64,000 nucleotides of DNA from Utricularia gibba (lineage: Eukaryota > Plantae > Magnoliophyta): positions 682,001 to 746,000 of the forward strand of contig NEEC01000002.1 of the NCBI GenBank assembly GCA_002189035.1. The letters run 5' to 3'. The stretch's first letter is position 1; every line of letters begins with the position of its first letter. Positions 51,066 to 64,000 of this stretch are shown here, piece after piece. The translations under genes and the position numbers were made by a program. Below the pieces are notes generated by a model, which worked only from the letters and a program-made list of their open reading frames with translations, did not search any database and was not told the DNA's origin.

Positions 51066-53339
51066 TTATGGCGACGGTGCAGTGGAGTCAAAATCCTCGC
51101 CTCCGATCGACCGGAAATAATCTCTTTCAGCGTTGTCCATTCGAGTTCTGAAAATGGCCCACTCGTCATGGCACCTCTTCCTCACCTGAACAACCAAAAT
51201 CCCAGATTCCCCAATTCAAAACTAGAGAATGCAAGTGAAGGTGTAAGGTGTGGCCGTACCCCTTTCCATGGCGCATTTCCGCCGATCGCTTGACCCTGAC
51301 ACAATTGGGAAGATGATCATATAGGGGAAAGAAAACATGCGAAATGGAGTTGATCCGATCCTCACTGGTGCTTTACCTGGTTTCCCAGAGAGGGAAGACC
51401 TTGATGAACAACCCACTGAGCATCCACCACTCCAATCCTTTCATGAGGAAGCTGTTTCATCATATCCAGAGGAAAAAGATTACAACAGAACTATGAAGTC
51501 CGATTCGGTTTTCGAAGTCGAATAGAAGGAACAGGCACCTCTACGCATCTTTGGAGAGCAAAGTCCAGACCCCATCCATGGACCAAATCATTCTGAGAAG
51601 AAAGTAGTGTTGGTTTTAGAAATGAGTTGTGAATGCTGTTTCCAGAGCAAAAGCAGTGACCTGAATAAGATGCCAGAAGCAGCGCCATGCGTCTCGAGAA
51701 AATACAGGGGCCATGATCTCGACGAAGCTACAAGAAGAATCAGGAACAGGTCTGATGTGATGAACAAGGTAAACCAAACGTTTTAGTGAAATCTGACAAG
51801 CAATTACGCTGCACATGGAGGTAAATGAGGACTGTGGCACCAGCCTGGCCTCTCCGCGGTTTCCCTTCATTTCATAACGGAAGAGAAATCAATAGAAACA
51901 GTAAGATTTCAATACAAGTGATTAAAACTCAAGAACCAAGAATATGAAAGGATACTTGTGGACTTCAACATGGACTTTTCTCTTTGTCATCCACCATGTA
52001 GCATCCTTTCTAGCATCCAGAGCAGGCTGCGAGATTTCCAAATTGTATTTCCTCACAAGTTCGATATATCTGAAGTTTGCAGATTGCAACAAAAGTCGGA
52101 TATCTCATAGAGAAGCATCATTTTGTTTTTACTGGTGGCTGTGGAAATGATCTCACTTTTCTGCGTCAAAATGCTCTACTCCAAGGTCTTCATCCCATAT
52201 GAAAATGTAGTCATATGGGGCAACAACGTCCGGATGGAGAATCCTCTTAGCAAACCACCTTCATTAGAAAAATCAGTAGCGATGTAGATTCTTACTCGAA
52301 AAAGGGTTGAATAGTGTATTCTTACCATTTAGTCTGCTTCAGGGCACTAACATGAATGGCTCGTTTTGACCATTCGAATTCTCCCCACTCGCTTGCTCTT
52401 CCATCATAGTGAAACAAGATGATGCTGAAATTATCTGAAAACTGAAACAGCGATGATGTGCTTGGTCAGATACACTAAATGAGCACAGGGAAACAAAGCC
52501 ACCGGAGGCATACAAACCTTCTTCAAAACCGTATCAATGTTATATCGTTGTTCATAACCAACAGCAAAGGCTACCAGATACTTTGGTTTGGTGTTCAAGT
52601 CCTAGTAGAGTAGAGAGCATCATAAACTCAAAACGTCGCAGCTGCTTCTTAACTTAACAGGTCAAGAATAATGGTTACTTCATCAGGCCTGCCCCATAGC
52701 CTTCTGAGATAGAAATCTGATTCAGATGCCACGATTCCTGGTGGCAAACTTTCTGCACCTCTAGGATTTGAAGGGACCCAAATCTGATCCAGGATTAGCT
52801 TACTAATCAGATAAACTACCCATGCTAAGTAAAAGTTTATTGCATTGTGCAAGAACCTTTGATTGAGTTGTGGCATTTTTCTCTACAGCATTGCTAGACA
52901 TGGCCTTTCCTTCATCTTCCACACTCGTTATGTTGGTGCTGCTCAGGGTAGAGTTAGCCACAGTTTTGCACCCAATTCTTGTTACGTCACGGATAATCGA
53001 AGTTGTAAAATTGAACTGATAAACAACAAAAGAGACAATACCCACATCCTCATCTGCAGGAACAAGGTCAATCTACAACCAGCCAGTGTAAAGAAAATGA
53101 ACGTGTACCTTTGTGAATGAATATGATGGAAATGAGACTCCGATGCAGAACCCAATTACAATTCCAACACAAGCGGTGATCATAATGCGCATGGCGTCAT
53201 TTGTTCCTTTAACTGGGCTACTGGGATAACGGAAACTGAAAGTTTGGAAAATTAGTAAACTCAAGATTTAGCACTATTCAACAACAAACTCCCACCTTCG
53301 TCCCCCATTATACTTTCTGTACATCACGCATAACTCCAT
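51066..53339 (-). CDS. DUF707-family type II membrane protein (putative Golgi glycosyltransferase-like)
   Basis: TM ITACVGIVIGFCIG; PSNPRGAESLPPGIV; YDYIFIWDEDLG; EISQPAL; FVEIMAPVFSRDAWRC; HGWGLD; VDAQWVVHQGLPSL. The exact start exon is uncertain, and 5' UTR exons probably extend to about 54190. Confidence 0.9.
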
Positions 53340-56300
53340 TGAATCTGCAAAAAGCCATGAAGCTAACCATCAACAAGCTGTATTGAAAGGGGAAAGCACA
53401 TGAAATTATCATAGAAAAATACTATGCAGCAACAAAAAGAGAGTGCAAATTCCTTCGCCGGCCTACAAGTCTAACCAAGACTGAGCATCAATCCAGCAAT
53501 TCAAATCACTATCAACATTAAGATTCTTGCCAAGGATCAGAGAAACTCCAACATCAACCATAATCGTGCTTCTAAAAGTGCAGAGCCTTTCATCCAACCC
53601 AACAGAATAATCAATACGCGAAAATGATTGCGACAAATTTCTACAGTGACCCTTGAAAGCAAAATATACGGCCAAAAGGCTGACATTAACGACCCATAAA
53701 CTCACGGTAATCGCTAAAAATCCGTCAAGTTCATCATGAAACTCAAAAACAAAATGAAAACTGGAAAAAAAGAAAAGACGTGGATATGTACTCCTGGTTC
53801 CCTGAGATTCGAAAACGTAAGCGCATCACCAAGAAACCCAGATACACGCACATAAGAACATTGACAAGAAAACACCACCACCCAGAAATGAAAAACAAAA
53901 AAAAAACGCCATGTACACGGTGAGTACCAGACGAAATAAAAAACTCTTAGTCTACCCAACTAAATGCCGAGAAGTACTTCAACGACGCACGTTTCAACAA
54001 TTTCCAGACAAAGGGACTCTGAGGCGTTATGATCGTTGAAACCCAAGAGAGAGAGATAAGAAATCATAAATTTCCTGCAGCTTCTTCTTCTTCGGCAGGC
54101 AGTTTTGAAGCACCAAGATCGTGACCGGGGAGTGACGACACAAAAATAAAAAAGAGAAAAGAGCGAGAAGTAAAGAAATCCCAAAGTCACCCATATGAAC
54201 ATTCTCTCACTAAAATATTATTTTCCATATCTTATTTTAATAAATTAAATATTATTTATTTTGATGCCCATTGACCCCGCAGGGGATGCCCTACTTTATT
54301 GGGGAAAGTTAATCCGCAACATTTATTTGTGTTGCATTCAAGTTTAGGACCGTGCCCTATGGACAAATGCTGTCCTAATCAAACGACACATCTACGACAG
54401 TATCGTATAAATATAAATATTTTTGAATTTTTATTTACTTTAGGTAGATTAGGGTTTGAATTTTAGTGGAGGATTGAATTGATTAGGGTAAATTAGACAT
54501 CTATGCGGATCCTCGATAATCTCAGGGCAATCGTCTCATCAAAAATAGATTGAGTAATAGATATGGCTTCGATTTTTTCAATTAATTGAAATTGGTTTAG
54601 AGATTTTTAAAAATGATAATATTATTTTAATAAATTAAACTCCTTTTTTCAATTTAATTTAAAACACCGGTACTCGTGAATTTTGATAATATTAAAAATA
54701 ATAAATAAAAACAATATGAAAAGTTGACTCTCCTCAATTGCCAATTCAACACAGGGGTTTGAATTTGACTGGTTCTTTTACGCGGTAATACGTCATTTTC
54801 TTTATTCGTCTAAGAAGCTTTCGTAGATTTTAATAAATTAAAAAAATATTGAAAATAAAACAGAAGATATATTATGGAAATATGTGAAATTGAGTTATAA
54901 AAATAAGTAAATAATATGCTGGGGAGTGATAAGCCTGCGAATGAGCATTTTACACGTCAGCAAATAGACCAGCCAGGTATCGGATTCTGTACCCCACCCC
55001 ACCACTTATTTAAATTCCTTGGTTGAATTGATAATTTATTTGATTTAATTTAAAATACACAATTAACTTTTTATTTTGATATTTTAAAATATAATTCAAA
55101 ATTATTAATTTAGATTCAATCAATTATAAAAATATTTTCAAACGTATATTCATTGTTATTCGATCAAAATTTTCAATTCTGTTAAAATTAATTTTAAAAT
55201 AATTTTTTTTTCGAAAGTACTCTTGGTTTCGAATGAAAAGTAATAGGCACAAATAATTAAAACTCCTCTCACAAATGTATTAAAAATGAAAATTAAATAA
55301 ATGTATTAAAAGAGATTTTCTGTTTTTTTTTTTTTATTGAGGGGGTACAAGATCTGGGATATCATCAACTAGTTTGCTAATAATTGAATCCCCACTTAAA
55401 TGTACTCTTACTTTGGAGAGGTCAGGTATTAGGGGCACACGTGCATTTAATTTCATTTACACCTTAGTCAACACACGCTTAATCACCAGTTAGAGCACAA
55501 TTAATGTTTCATAATCTTTTTAAGTAGATCTAATAAGGGTTTAGTGTAAATTAGAACTTAAATAGCACGCTTTTATTTTAGTAGTTTTCGTTTATGATAA
55601 AAATAAGAAGGGAGTTGATTTTATTATATATATTTTAATAATTTTTAATTGTATTTTAAAATATTTTTAAAAATAAAAATAGAATTTAAATACATTAAAT
55701 TTTTTGTTAAATTTATCCATCAATTTTGGGCTTTGAGGGCCCATTAAGAAAGTGAACGCTACCGGAGAAAAGATGATTGGCGTTTGAATTCCAAAGAGGT
55801 TGAAAACTGCGCGATGGCTCTCCGACCGTTGGGATGATTTCTTCCGGGGAATTTCTCAGGAGCAGCAAACCCAAATCCAGTTGAACAGCGGAAACTTCTT
55901 TCATCTGACATGGTTTCCATGTCAAGCTCCCAGATTCTTCCCATTCAATCTAGGTTAATTTGCCATTCCATCAAGATGGGCCGGTAATGAGTAACGAATT
56001 CGAGCTGGGGCCAGTTTATTTCTGTCTGTTAAGCTGAGCCCGGATCCTCTGTTCCTCTGGTTGAAGGGAGGAAATTCCTCCAAGCGAGGCGCCATCAGTG
56101 GCTACACCAGAGCCATTGATGGAGTTGAGAACAAAAGGAACAATGCGGGTTCTTCTGTTGCAGAAAGGAATCTCTGGGGAGGACCATGAGAGAAAGAAGT
56201 GCTGTAAGATCTTCAGTCAGTGGCGCATTTTCGTCTAAATTAGCGCAGACACCATTGATCAAGAACTTTGTTCGCTATGAGCAAGATTGTATCTCGCCTT

Positions 56301-56914
56301 TTTTTCTTATGTATCGATTGATGATTGTCTTCTTGTGCAGCAGATCCTGAGATGGATTCTTGGAGCAAAAGAGTTCAACTCCACCTACAAGTTTGCTTCT
56401 CCTTTGTTCATCGAAATGCTACAAACATTCCGAGTTTCCTGCATTACTTTTCCAAGAAGATGGACGAAATGTTCGAGGGTTAATAAGTTCGACAAGTAAA
56501 ATCTGTGTTGTAGTGAAAATTATTACCGATTCGCTTTTTACTGTTTCCGTACTCCGGCCGGCGGCTAAAAGGGGAAAGCAGCTGAGGGAGGTAGGTAGCT
56601 TGAATTTTAAGCGGCTGGAAAAGTTTGTAAAGCACGCGCTCGGGACTGCGAGTGGTGAATGGGAAAGTGGCCTCGTGGGGCGGCAGATAGCGCTCTACAG
56701 GCATATATATTCCAAAATAGTTGTAGTTCATAATAATCTCCACGACACCACGTCTCGCTCAGAATTCCAACCGAACTGCTCGGTTACACTTTTACGTTAT
56801 TCCTCCTCCGCTGTCTGAGAAATATTGCTTTCTCCATTTTTTGTCTCTTCTTGAGCGCTCGATAGCTTCCGTTCTTCGCCTTCGTTCGTTTGTGAGAAAG
56901 GTGCTTTGAAGAGC

Positions 56915-59900
56915 ATGGGCGATGACAGCTGCACGCCGGAGGTTTGGAAGGCGAGCTTGGACTCGCCTTCGGGAGACTCGCGAAGGTTCTTGAAACACAT
57001 ACTGGATAATGTTCACGGCAACATCTATCTCGATCCTGTAGGTGTTTCGCGGTTTTTTTTTCTGGCCCATGCTCTCTCAGTTTCCTTCGACTTAGCAGAG
57101 CGAGCGTGTGTTGTTTTGCTTTTGCTCTATGCTTGGTTTGAGACGTTTTATTGGTGGCGTGTTTATTGCGATTGAAGCAAAAATTTCGGTGACCGTTCAT
57201 GTTTGGTGATAGGATGTTTTTTTCTTCGTCATGTTGTGGATTCGCTTGTATATACACGTTTTCCGATGCGTATAGGTTTCTAATTTTTTTCTTCATCAAC
57301 GGTTAAACTAAGAAGTTTGCTCTGCTATGTTTATGTGTGGTGAATGAAGGAGAGTACTACCCCTGTGTCTGTTTGCTTTTGTTTGCGTGGTGCCTGTGGT
57401 TTGTACATTCACGTCTCTTTTGCGCGTGTGGAAGATATTGGTTGATATAATTTTTGATAGCCATGTTTTCTTAAGACTCTGAGATCCTTTTGTCCCCTGT
57501 CGTTTTCAGCTCTCACTCAAGTTCGTTGACACTGAACAGTTTCAAAGGCAAGTGGAACCGTGATAGTTCCCTTTTGCGTGCCATTTTCTTTATATTTAGA
57601 TTGAATCATTTGCACCGTGAACCAATTTCTTATACAGTTTTAAAATGTTATTGCAGACTCAGAGATCTCAAGCAGCTAGGTGAGTTTTTTAAACGTGTTC
57701 AGGAGGGAAGAAGAGTGATTGCTGAGTCTCTTGTTGTTGATCTCCCCTGTTAACAATGTTCACCACTAGCCAGTGTATAAGAGGCTCGATGAACATGCTT
57801 CTGCTTTTATGCCATCAGCTTGTTGTCTTCTGAACTATAATGGACTGTGTATAGGTTTCACATATATGGTTTTCCCTGGGGCCGTGCATACTCGGTTTGA
57901 GCATTCGCTTGGAGTGTACTGGCTGGCTAGTGAAACTATCAACAGACTGAAAAACTATCAGGTAACGAATTGCGTGAACTCTATGATTATGAATAACGAG
58001 CCTGGGAATAATGATATTGTCTATGCTTTGTTTAGGGACTGGAGCTTGACATCGATAGTTTTGATGTCCAAACTGTAAAACTTGCTGGTAGCGAAAACAG
58101 AAACTTCTAATTTTAAGTCATCGCATATGCATGCAAGGAATTTTTTCATGGGCATCTCCTATTGTAGGGTTACTTCATGATTTTGGTCATGGACCATTTA
58201 GCCACACATTCGAGCGTGCATTTATACCGCAAGTTTGCAATGGCATGAAATGGTAATCTTTTATATTACATTCATCAATTCAGGTTACATCTGTTCCCTC
58301 AGTTGTATTCTAAATAGATTGAAGTAAATTTTCAGGTCGCATGAAGAAATGTCTCTGAAGATGATCGATTATGTTGTCGATGAGCATAATATTGATATTT
58401 TTCCTGAAAATCTTAAAAAAGTGAAGGTATGATCGGTAGAAACTTTTAAAATGTCATTCTCGTCTGTGTTATGGGGTGTACCCCGGAGAAGTTCCCATCA
58501 TATCCTGAAAGATTCTTTCTACTTTGTTTCACACTCTCTGATTTCCTGTTATTCTCATAGGAAATGATAATTGCCTCCGAGAACCATGTGTCTAACGTAA
58601 GTAGTAGTGCCACAGAAATGATTTCATCATTTCCTGTTATTAAAAAGGTTGTTACACTTGATTCTTTGTTGTCTAGGTTTTCAAGGAAAAGCGCTTCGTC
58701 TATGACATTGTTGCTAATGGACGTAATGGGATGGATGTTGACAAGTATTTCCTTGATCTCCAACTACTTTTTTAATCATTTAACCGTTTAATTGATATTC
58801 AATAATAATGTTACTCATTTTTTGCAGATTTGATTACATCACTCGTGACTCAAGGGCTTGTGGTATTGGCTGTAGTTTTCAGTTCCCGAGGTGTATATCG
58901 TTTTTCGCAGACTATTTATCTATATAACTTGCTACTACCCAATGGCAGTTTTTTCTTGATTATCTGTTTGATATGGGTATATGGCCCTTCCGCTTTTACA
59001 GGGTGCTGGAAATCATGAGGGTCCTAGACGATGAGATATGTTATCGTGCAAAGGAATGTCAGTATTTTCTGCGCTACTAGTTGTTTCAGTTTACGTGTGT
59101 ACTAACTCGCTGTTTAAGTCCCAGATCTTACTGTATACAAGTTATTCGCCACTCGAGCAGATTTGCATCGCACAGTTTGCATGCATGCTAAAGTAAAGGT
59201 ACTTGGTCCATTGTCCCTATGTATTGTCATTTGTGAAGTTACTCGCTGCTTATCATTCGAAATGGGTACTTCAGGCAATAGAACTTATGTTCGTGGATGC
59301 CATGACCAAGGCAAATGATGTTCTCCACATTTCATCCTATATTGATGACCCTGCCGAATTCTGGAAGGTTCGAGAATCGTTTTGTGCCAAACACAATCGA
59401 TTATACTTCAAATTATATAATGATGCCCTGCTTTGCTTGAAACTGCAGTTGGATGACACAATTCTAAAGACCATCGAAACATCTACCAGTGAAGATCTTA
59501 AAGAAGCCAGAGACTTAGTCCTCCGTATTCGAAGAAGAGATCTTTACCAGGTAAAGCTTCATCTTCACGTTCGATGGTATGCATAATCAGGTAATTTCTC
59601 TTTCATATCCATTGAAAAACTTTCCACAGTACTGCAACGAGTTTGCAGTTCCCAAGGATAAGCTGGAACACTTCAAAACAATCACTGCTCAAGATATAGT
59701 TTGTTCACAGGTCTGCGCTATGAGCCCCGTACTCTGCCTTCACTGATAGAAGAAAGCTCCTGAACAGATGTTTGTGTTGTTGCAGAACTCTAGTCGCCCT
59801 CTACTGAAGGAAGAGGACGTGGCCGTGAGCAACGTCTCGATTGATCTCACAAATGGGAGGAACAGTCCACTTGAAAGGTACCTCTGTCATCTTCCGCATC

Positions 59901-60383
59901 TAACCATCTTGTCAAAATCCTCCATCTCACTCTCTTACTTGCTCCACGACTTTGAACTTCATCAGCATCAGCTTTTTCAAGGTACTGATCTTTTTGTCAT
60001 CCAACCAATCCGCCTTGAAATGAGCACATCTGGGCTCACGTGTTCAGTATCTTGCATTCTCAGGATTACGACAGCAACGAGAAGTTCAAAATAAAAGACG
60101 ATCTGGTTAGTCACTTGCTGCCTGCATCCTACCAGGACATGATCGTCAGAGTCTACTCCAAGAAGCCTGACCTCGTAAGAAACCATCAATTATCACTCCC
60201 TTGGTTCCAATACAGACAACAGATTAATCTATTCTCCCTGCGTGGTGCGGTGCACAGGTGGAAGCCATCTCCGAGGCGTTTGAAAATTTTCAGCTGAAAA
60301 CCTATGGAATGAAAACGCAAGTCCATGCAACCCCTGACAAGAAGAAGAGAAAAAAACTCAAGGTCAGTTCCACCGGCGCTTAG
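56915..60383 (+). CDS. VEN4: HD-domain dNTP triphosphohydrolase, SAMHD1 homolog (VENOSA4-like), about 18 exons
   Basis: [11 protein letters not shown]; [13 protein letters not shown]; [15 protein letters not shown]; [15 protein letters not shown]; [18 protein letters not shown]; TPDKKKRK. All exons join in frame. Confidence 0.95.
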
Positions 60384-60798
60384 CCATCAGTCATCTCAGA
60401 AGTCCTTTTGCTTGGCCCGGCCCCAGTGCATATAGGTTTCCCTTTCTGCACAAAATGCCTTTTTGTCTGCGCATGCATACAAGTGTTGTGCTTTGTGCAT
60501 AACGACTCCTTTTTGCTTCCCCCACAGCCCAATGGTTGATCTATCAATTACACATAATTAATTCTAGTTGTTTGCGATCTCATAGGCACCAAGTGTTTCA
60601 AAATTTGGGATTAAATTCGAACATATGATAATTATTTAAGTTCGATTTAATTTATTACAAAGACGATGGATTCAATTTTGAAAGGAGCGCTTACCCGATA
60701 ATCAGACTCTGTTTGTTACACATCATTGCATGGGTACTACTACCATTTATTGTAGTTGGCAAGACGATGGTTCAGCAACAGCATGTACTCCTACTGAC

Positions 60799-63482
60799 TC
60801 ACAGCCAAGCCGGGTTCTTGAGGGGTGTGACCACTGCCTTCACTTGCAGGTAATTCTTGAGACTGTACTCACCCTTCTCCCTTCCGATCCCACTCATCTT
60901 GTACCCGCCGAAGGGGATGGCGGCGTCGAACGTATCGAAGCAATTGATCCAAATAGTCCCTGCCCTCAAGGCCCTGGTCAATGTGTTCGCCGTGTCCAGA
61001 TTGTGAGTGAACACTCCAGCAGCAAGCCCATACTTGGTGTTGTTTGCTCTCTGGATCACTTCACCCAGATCTCTGCACCCAAAAATCCAGGTGGTGTAAT
61101 TAGCCCGTGTGTTCTCAAGTCTACAGCGTTGTCAACTTGGCACGTTGTTCCTATGGAGCATTACTTGTATTTGAGAACAGTCTGAACAGGCCCGAAGATC
61201 TCCTCTTTTGCAATCACCATGTCATCCTGGAATACGGGCAACCCAATGTAACCTTGTTGGCTGTTCTGTGCTCTTTGCTTGTTAAGTTAGCGATGGACGT
61301 ACCTTCACATCGGAGAAGACGGTGGGCTGAATGTAGTAGCCTTTGCTGCCGAGTCTGTCGCCCCCGGTTTCGAGGGTAGCTCCGGATTCTTGGCCGGCCC
61401 TGATGTACCCAAGGATCTTGCTGAACTGTTCTTGATCGATCTGAAATTGTTGTTCACATTGACGTAACAAGTTCATAGGGGCGTGTGTAAAGACTTCATC
61501 TGCTCATTGTGAACCATACCTGAGGGCCTTGCTCAATGCCTGTCCTGAAGGGATCCCCAACCAGGCGGTTCAAAGCACGGGCCTTTGCTTTCTCAAGAAA
61601 CTCATCATACACCTTCTCATGTACGTACGTCCTGGATCCAGCACAGCAGCATTGTCCCTTCAATGTTTTGATCCGGTCAGCTCAAATCAACCAGAAAAGT
61701 CATGAAAATAACCGCTGTGCAATGCTTTTTTGTGTAAGCATGGAGTACCTGGTTGAAGAACAGAGCAAAATGAGCAAGTTCGACGGCTAGATCCACATTG
61801 GCATCTTCACATACAATGAAAGGCGACTTCCCTCCAAGCTCCAGTGTAACTGGTTTCAGATTACTCTTGGCAGCCAGCTCAAGAACAATCTTCCCAGTCT
61901 CGGTTGAGCCGGTGAACGCAAGCTGCATACCATGGATCGCAAGTAATTTTAATCATGAGGAATGTTGCCACTTAAATATTAGAAGGTTCAAAGTATGGAG
62001 CAGAGTTCAGTTGCTTGTGAACAAAGAAAAAAGGTTCCTCGGTTATGATGGCAATGATCAATATACCTTGTCTACATCCATGTGATTACAAAGAGCCGCC
62101 CCTGCTGTTGGGCCGTACCCAGAAACAATGTTCAGGACTCCATCAGGAAGGCCAGCCTATCAGATGAATATTGGTACTCATCATTATCGACGCCAGTTTG
62201 AAATTCTACTGATATAAAACTCACAGAATGTGGAATGCTGCAAGGTTATGCATTACCTCATGTAATAGCTTTCCTACAAGAAATGCAGATAGCGGAGTTT
62301 GCTCTGCTGTTTTGAGAACAATGGTATTCCCACACGCCAGTGCTGGACCAACTTTCCAAGCGAACATGACTAGTGGAAAGTTCCATGGGATAATCTGACC
62401 CGCAACACCGATTGGTTCGTGCAGCGTTTGAACATGAAGAGCTCCATCTGCTGGAATAGTCATTCCGTGAATCTTATCTGCCCAGCCTGCAAAATAATAC
62501 AAAAAGAAGAGTCACGGAGAATCTGAAGTGTCCTCCAGCATTTATCTGTAGCGATCTTTTGGAAACTCACCAGCGTAGTAACGAAACAGTCGGACAAACA
62601 TGGGAACTTCTATTTGAGATGTTTGCTCGTATGGCTTGCCGCTGTCCCAAGTCTCTAGTGCTGCAATCTCATCGTTATTCTGTTCAACCAGATCTGCAAA
62701 ACGCAGCAGTATCCTTTGCCTTTCCTGAAGAAACCAAATACTTTCACGAACAAGGACCAAATGAACGTGAGAGAATAATCCAGAAAAGAGTATGTTACAT
62801 AAGCAGTCATCCTGGGCCATGGTCCCTCATCAAAAGCCTTTCGTGCTGAAGCTACTGCTCGATTAATGTCTTCCGCTTCACCTTCAGCAACATGTGCAAT
62901 CACTTCACCACTTCTAGGGTCCAGTGTTGGGAAAGTTTTCCCTGGTTTCAGAAAACATCATGGGTTAGCCCAGGAAAATACTCCATTTATGCAAAAAACA
63001 AGGACTTTAACCTGATGCTGCATCTACGAACTGTCCATTGATGAGAAGCTTATCATATAGGACGCTAACTGGTGCCTTGATTGGATCTTCAACGGCTGAT
63101 GCCGCTGCTGTGCTGTATCGGTAAATCCCTCTGCCTGCAGATCTTTGCTTTCCTGTAAAAACAGTTTTGATTTCAAAGCTGATGAATCAAAACACATATT
63201 CCATATACTGATCGCATGATTAAACAAACGAAAGAGGGCCTCTCTTTGACTTTAACACACGCAAATCCCTGTTCAAATCTCCCACCAGATTCTCAATAAA
63301 AAAACTCAGATTTGAAAACACGTCCCTGGTTCCACGCACAAAAAGAAAAAGAAAAGCCCGGCTCACTCATCCCCTTATCCACTCCTGATCAGGGTAAAAG
63401 GGAGTGGAGAAAAAAATATACCTCCACGCAAAATCGGATGAAGAGAACGAGATACAAGAGACGCGATCCTCCGAGTGGCCAT
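60799..63482 (-). CDS. ALDH2B: Mitochondrial aldehyde dehydrogenase family 2B, 11 exons
   Basis: Transit-peptide-like [12 protein letters not shown]; [10 protein letters not shown]; LAFTGST; LELGGKSP; [12 protein letters not shown]; EEIFGPVQ; [15 protein letters not shown]; NPAWL*. Confidence 0.96.
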
Positions 63483-64000
63483 CTCCGATCAAAAGGCAGC
63501 AGCAGAGAGAAGGTCAGCCACCCGCTTTCCAGTCAATCAATCGACCAGTAACTGAACAATATCCATGCGTAAGTGGATAAACTACAAAAAATATGGAGCA
63601 TTAAGTCCAAAAAGTCAAAATCGTAATTAGGTGGTGGGCTCTCACCTATTACATACCGTCGTGAGATGGGAACTTGCAACGGTGAAGAGAGCACGTTACA
63701 TTCCACAGAAACGTAAGTGAGGACGCAAGTGCAGTGTTGCGTAGGTAACGGAAAGTTACGACTCAAATACGGCTGAAGTTCCATGTTGGTAGAACACACA
63801 AAAAATTTGACGTGCCTATTCCCGCTCTCTTCTTTCACCCCTAACAACCCCACGTGGTGGATAAGCTGCATCGCGCCATCCATATCTATCTTCTCGGAGA
63901 ATTCATTCGGGTGAGCATCATCGTTTTCCGCCCATTCTCACTCTCGCAGAACACGACCGAGATCATATCCCGTCCGACCCAACGGAAATTGAAGAATATA

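Noticed and set aside
54200-55700. MITE/Helitron in the AT-rich spacers (also 21.5-22.1, 27.6-29.2 and 35.6-36.4 kb)
   Set aside because: No convincing terminal inverted repeats, target-site duplications or Helitron ends could be identified by eye.
29515-61185. Long antisense or alternate-frame ORFs (for example 29515-29898, 36851-37180, 39573-40049, 50275-50775, 60730-61185)
   Set aside because: They are shadows of GC-rich codons of the real genes on the opposite strand.

Overview
Gene-dense eudicot nuclear DNA: about 22 protein-coding loci in 64 kb, with introns mostly 65-130 nt and short AT-rich spacers. This suggests a very compact genome, possibly Lentibulariaceae-like (inference only). 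Order: ASY1 (-, 3' end runs off the window), GAPC (-), MAD2 (+), trihelix GT-1-type (-), TPX2/WDL-family (+), AIRP2-like RING (+), GH5 cellulase-like (-), P-class PPR (-), ACLA (-), a degenerate SRP-receptor beta copy (+), galactinol synthase (+), a single-pass membrane protein (-), beta carbonic anhydrase (-), three tandem PG1beta-type BURP genes (+), a lipase-like alpha/beta hydrolase (+), MATE (+), XERICO-like RING-H2 (-), DUF707 (-), SAMHD1/VEN4 dNTPase (+) and ALDH2B (-). The most interesting region is 35-43.5 kb. Two BURP genes carry 21-23 FxxY repeats. The third has lost nearly all of them and appears to have gained two introns in their place, while keeping an intact BURP domain. An unexplained GC-rich, highly self-complementary ~400 bp island lies just upstream. 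Several single-base losses in C/G runs break reading frames (BURP1, BURP2, MATE, SRPRB) and look like assembly errors. No tRNA, rRNA, CRISPR array or intact transposon could be supported. All exon models were read by eye and are unverified.
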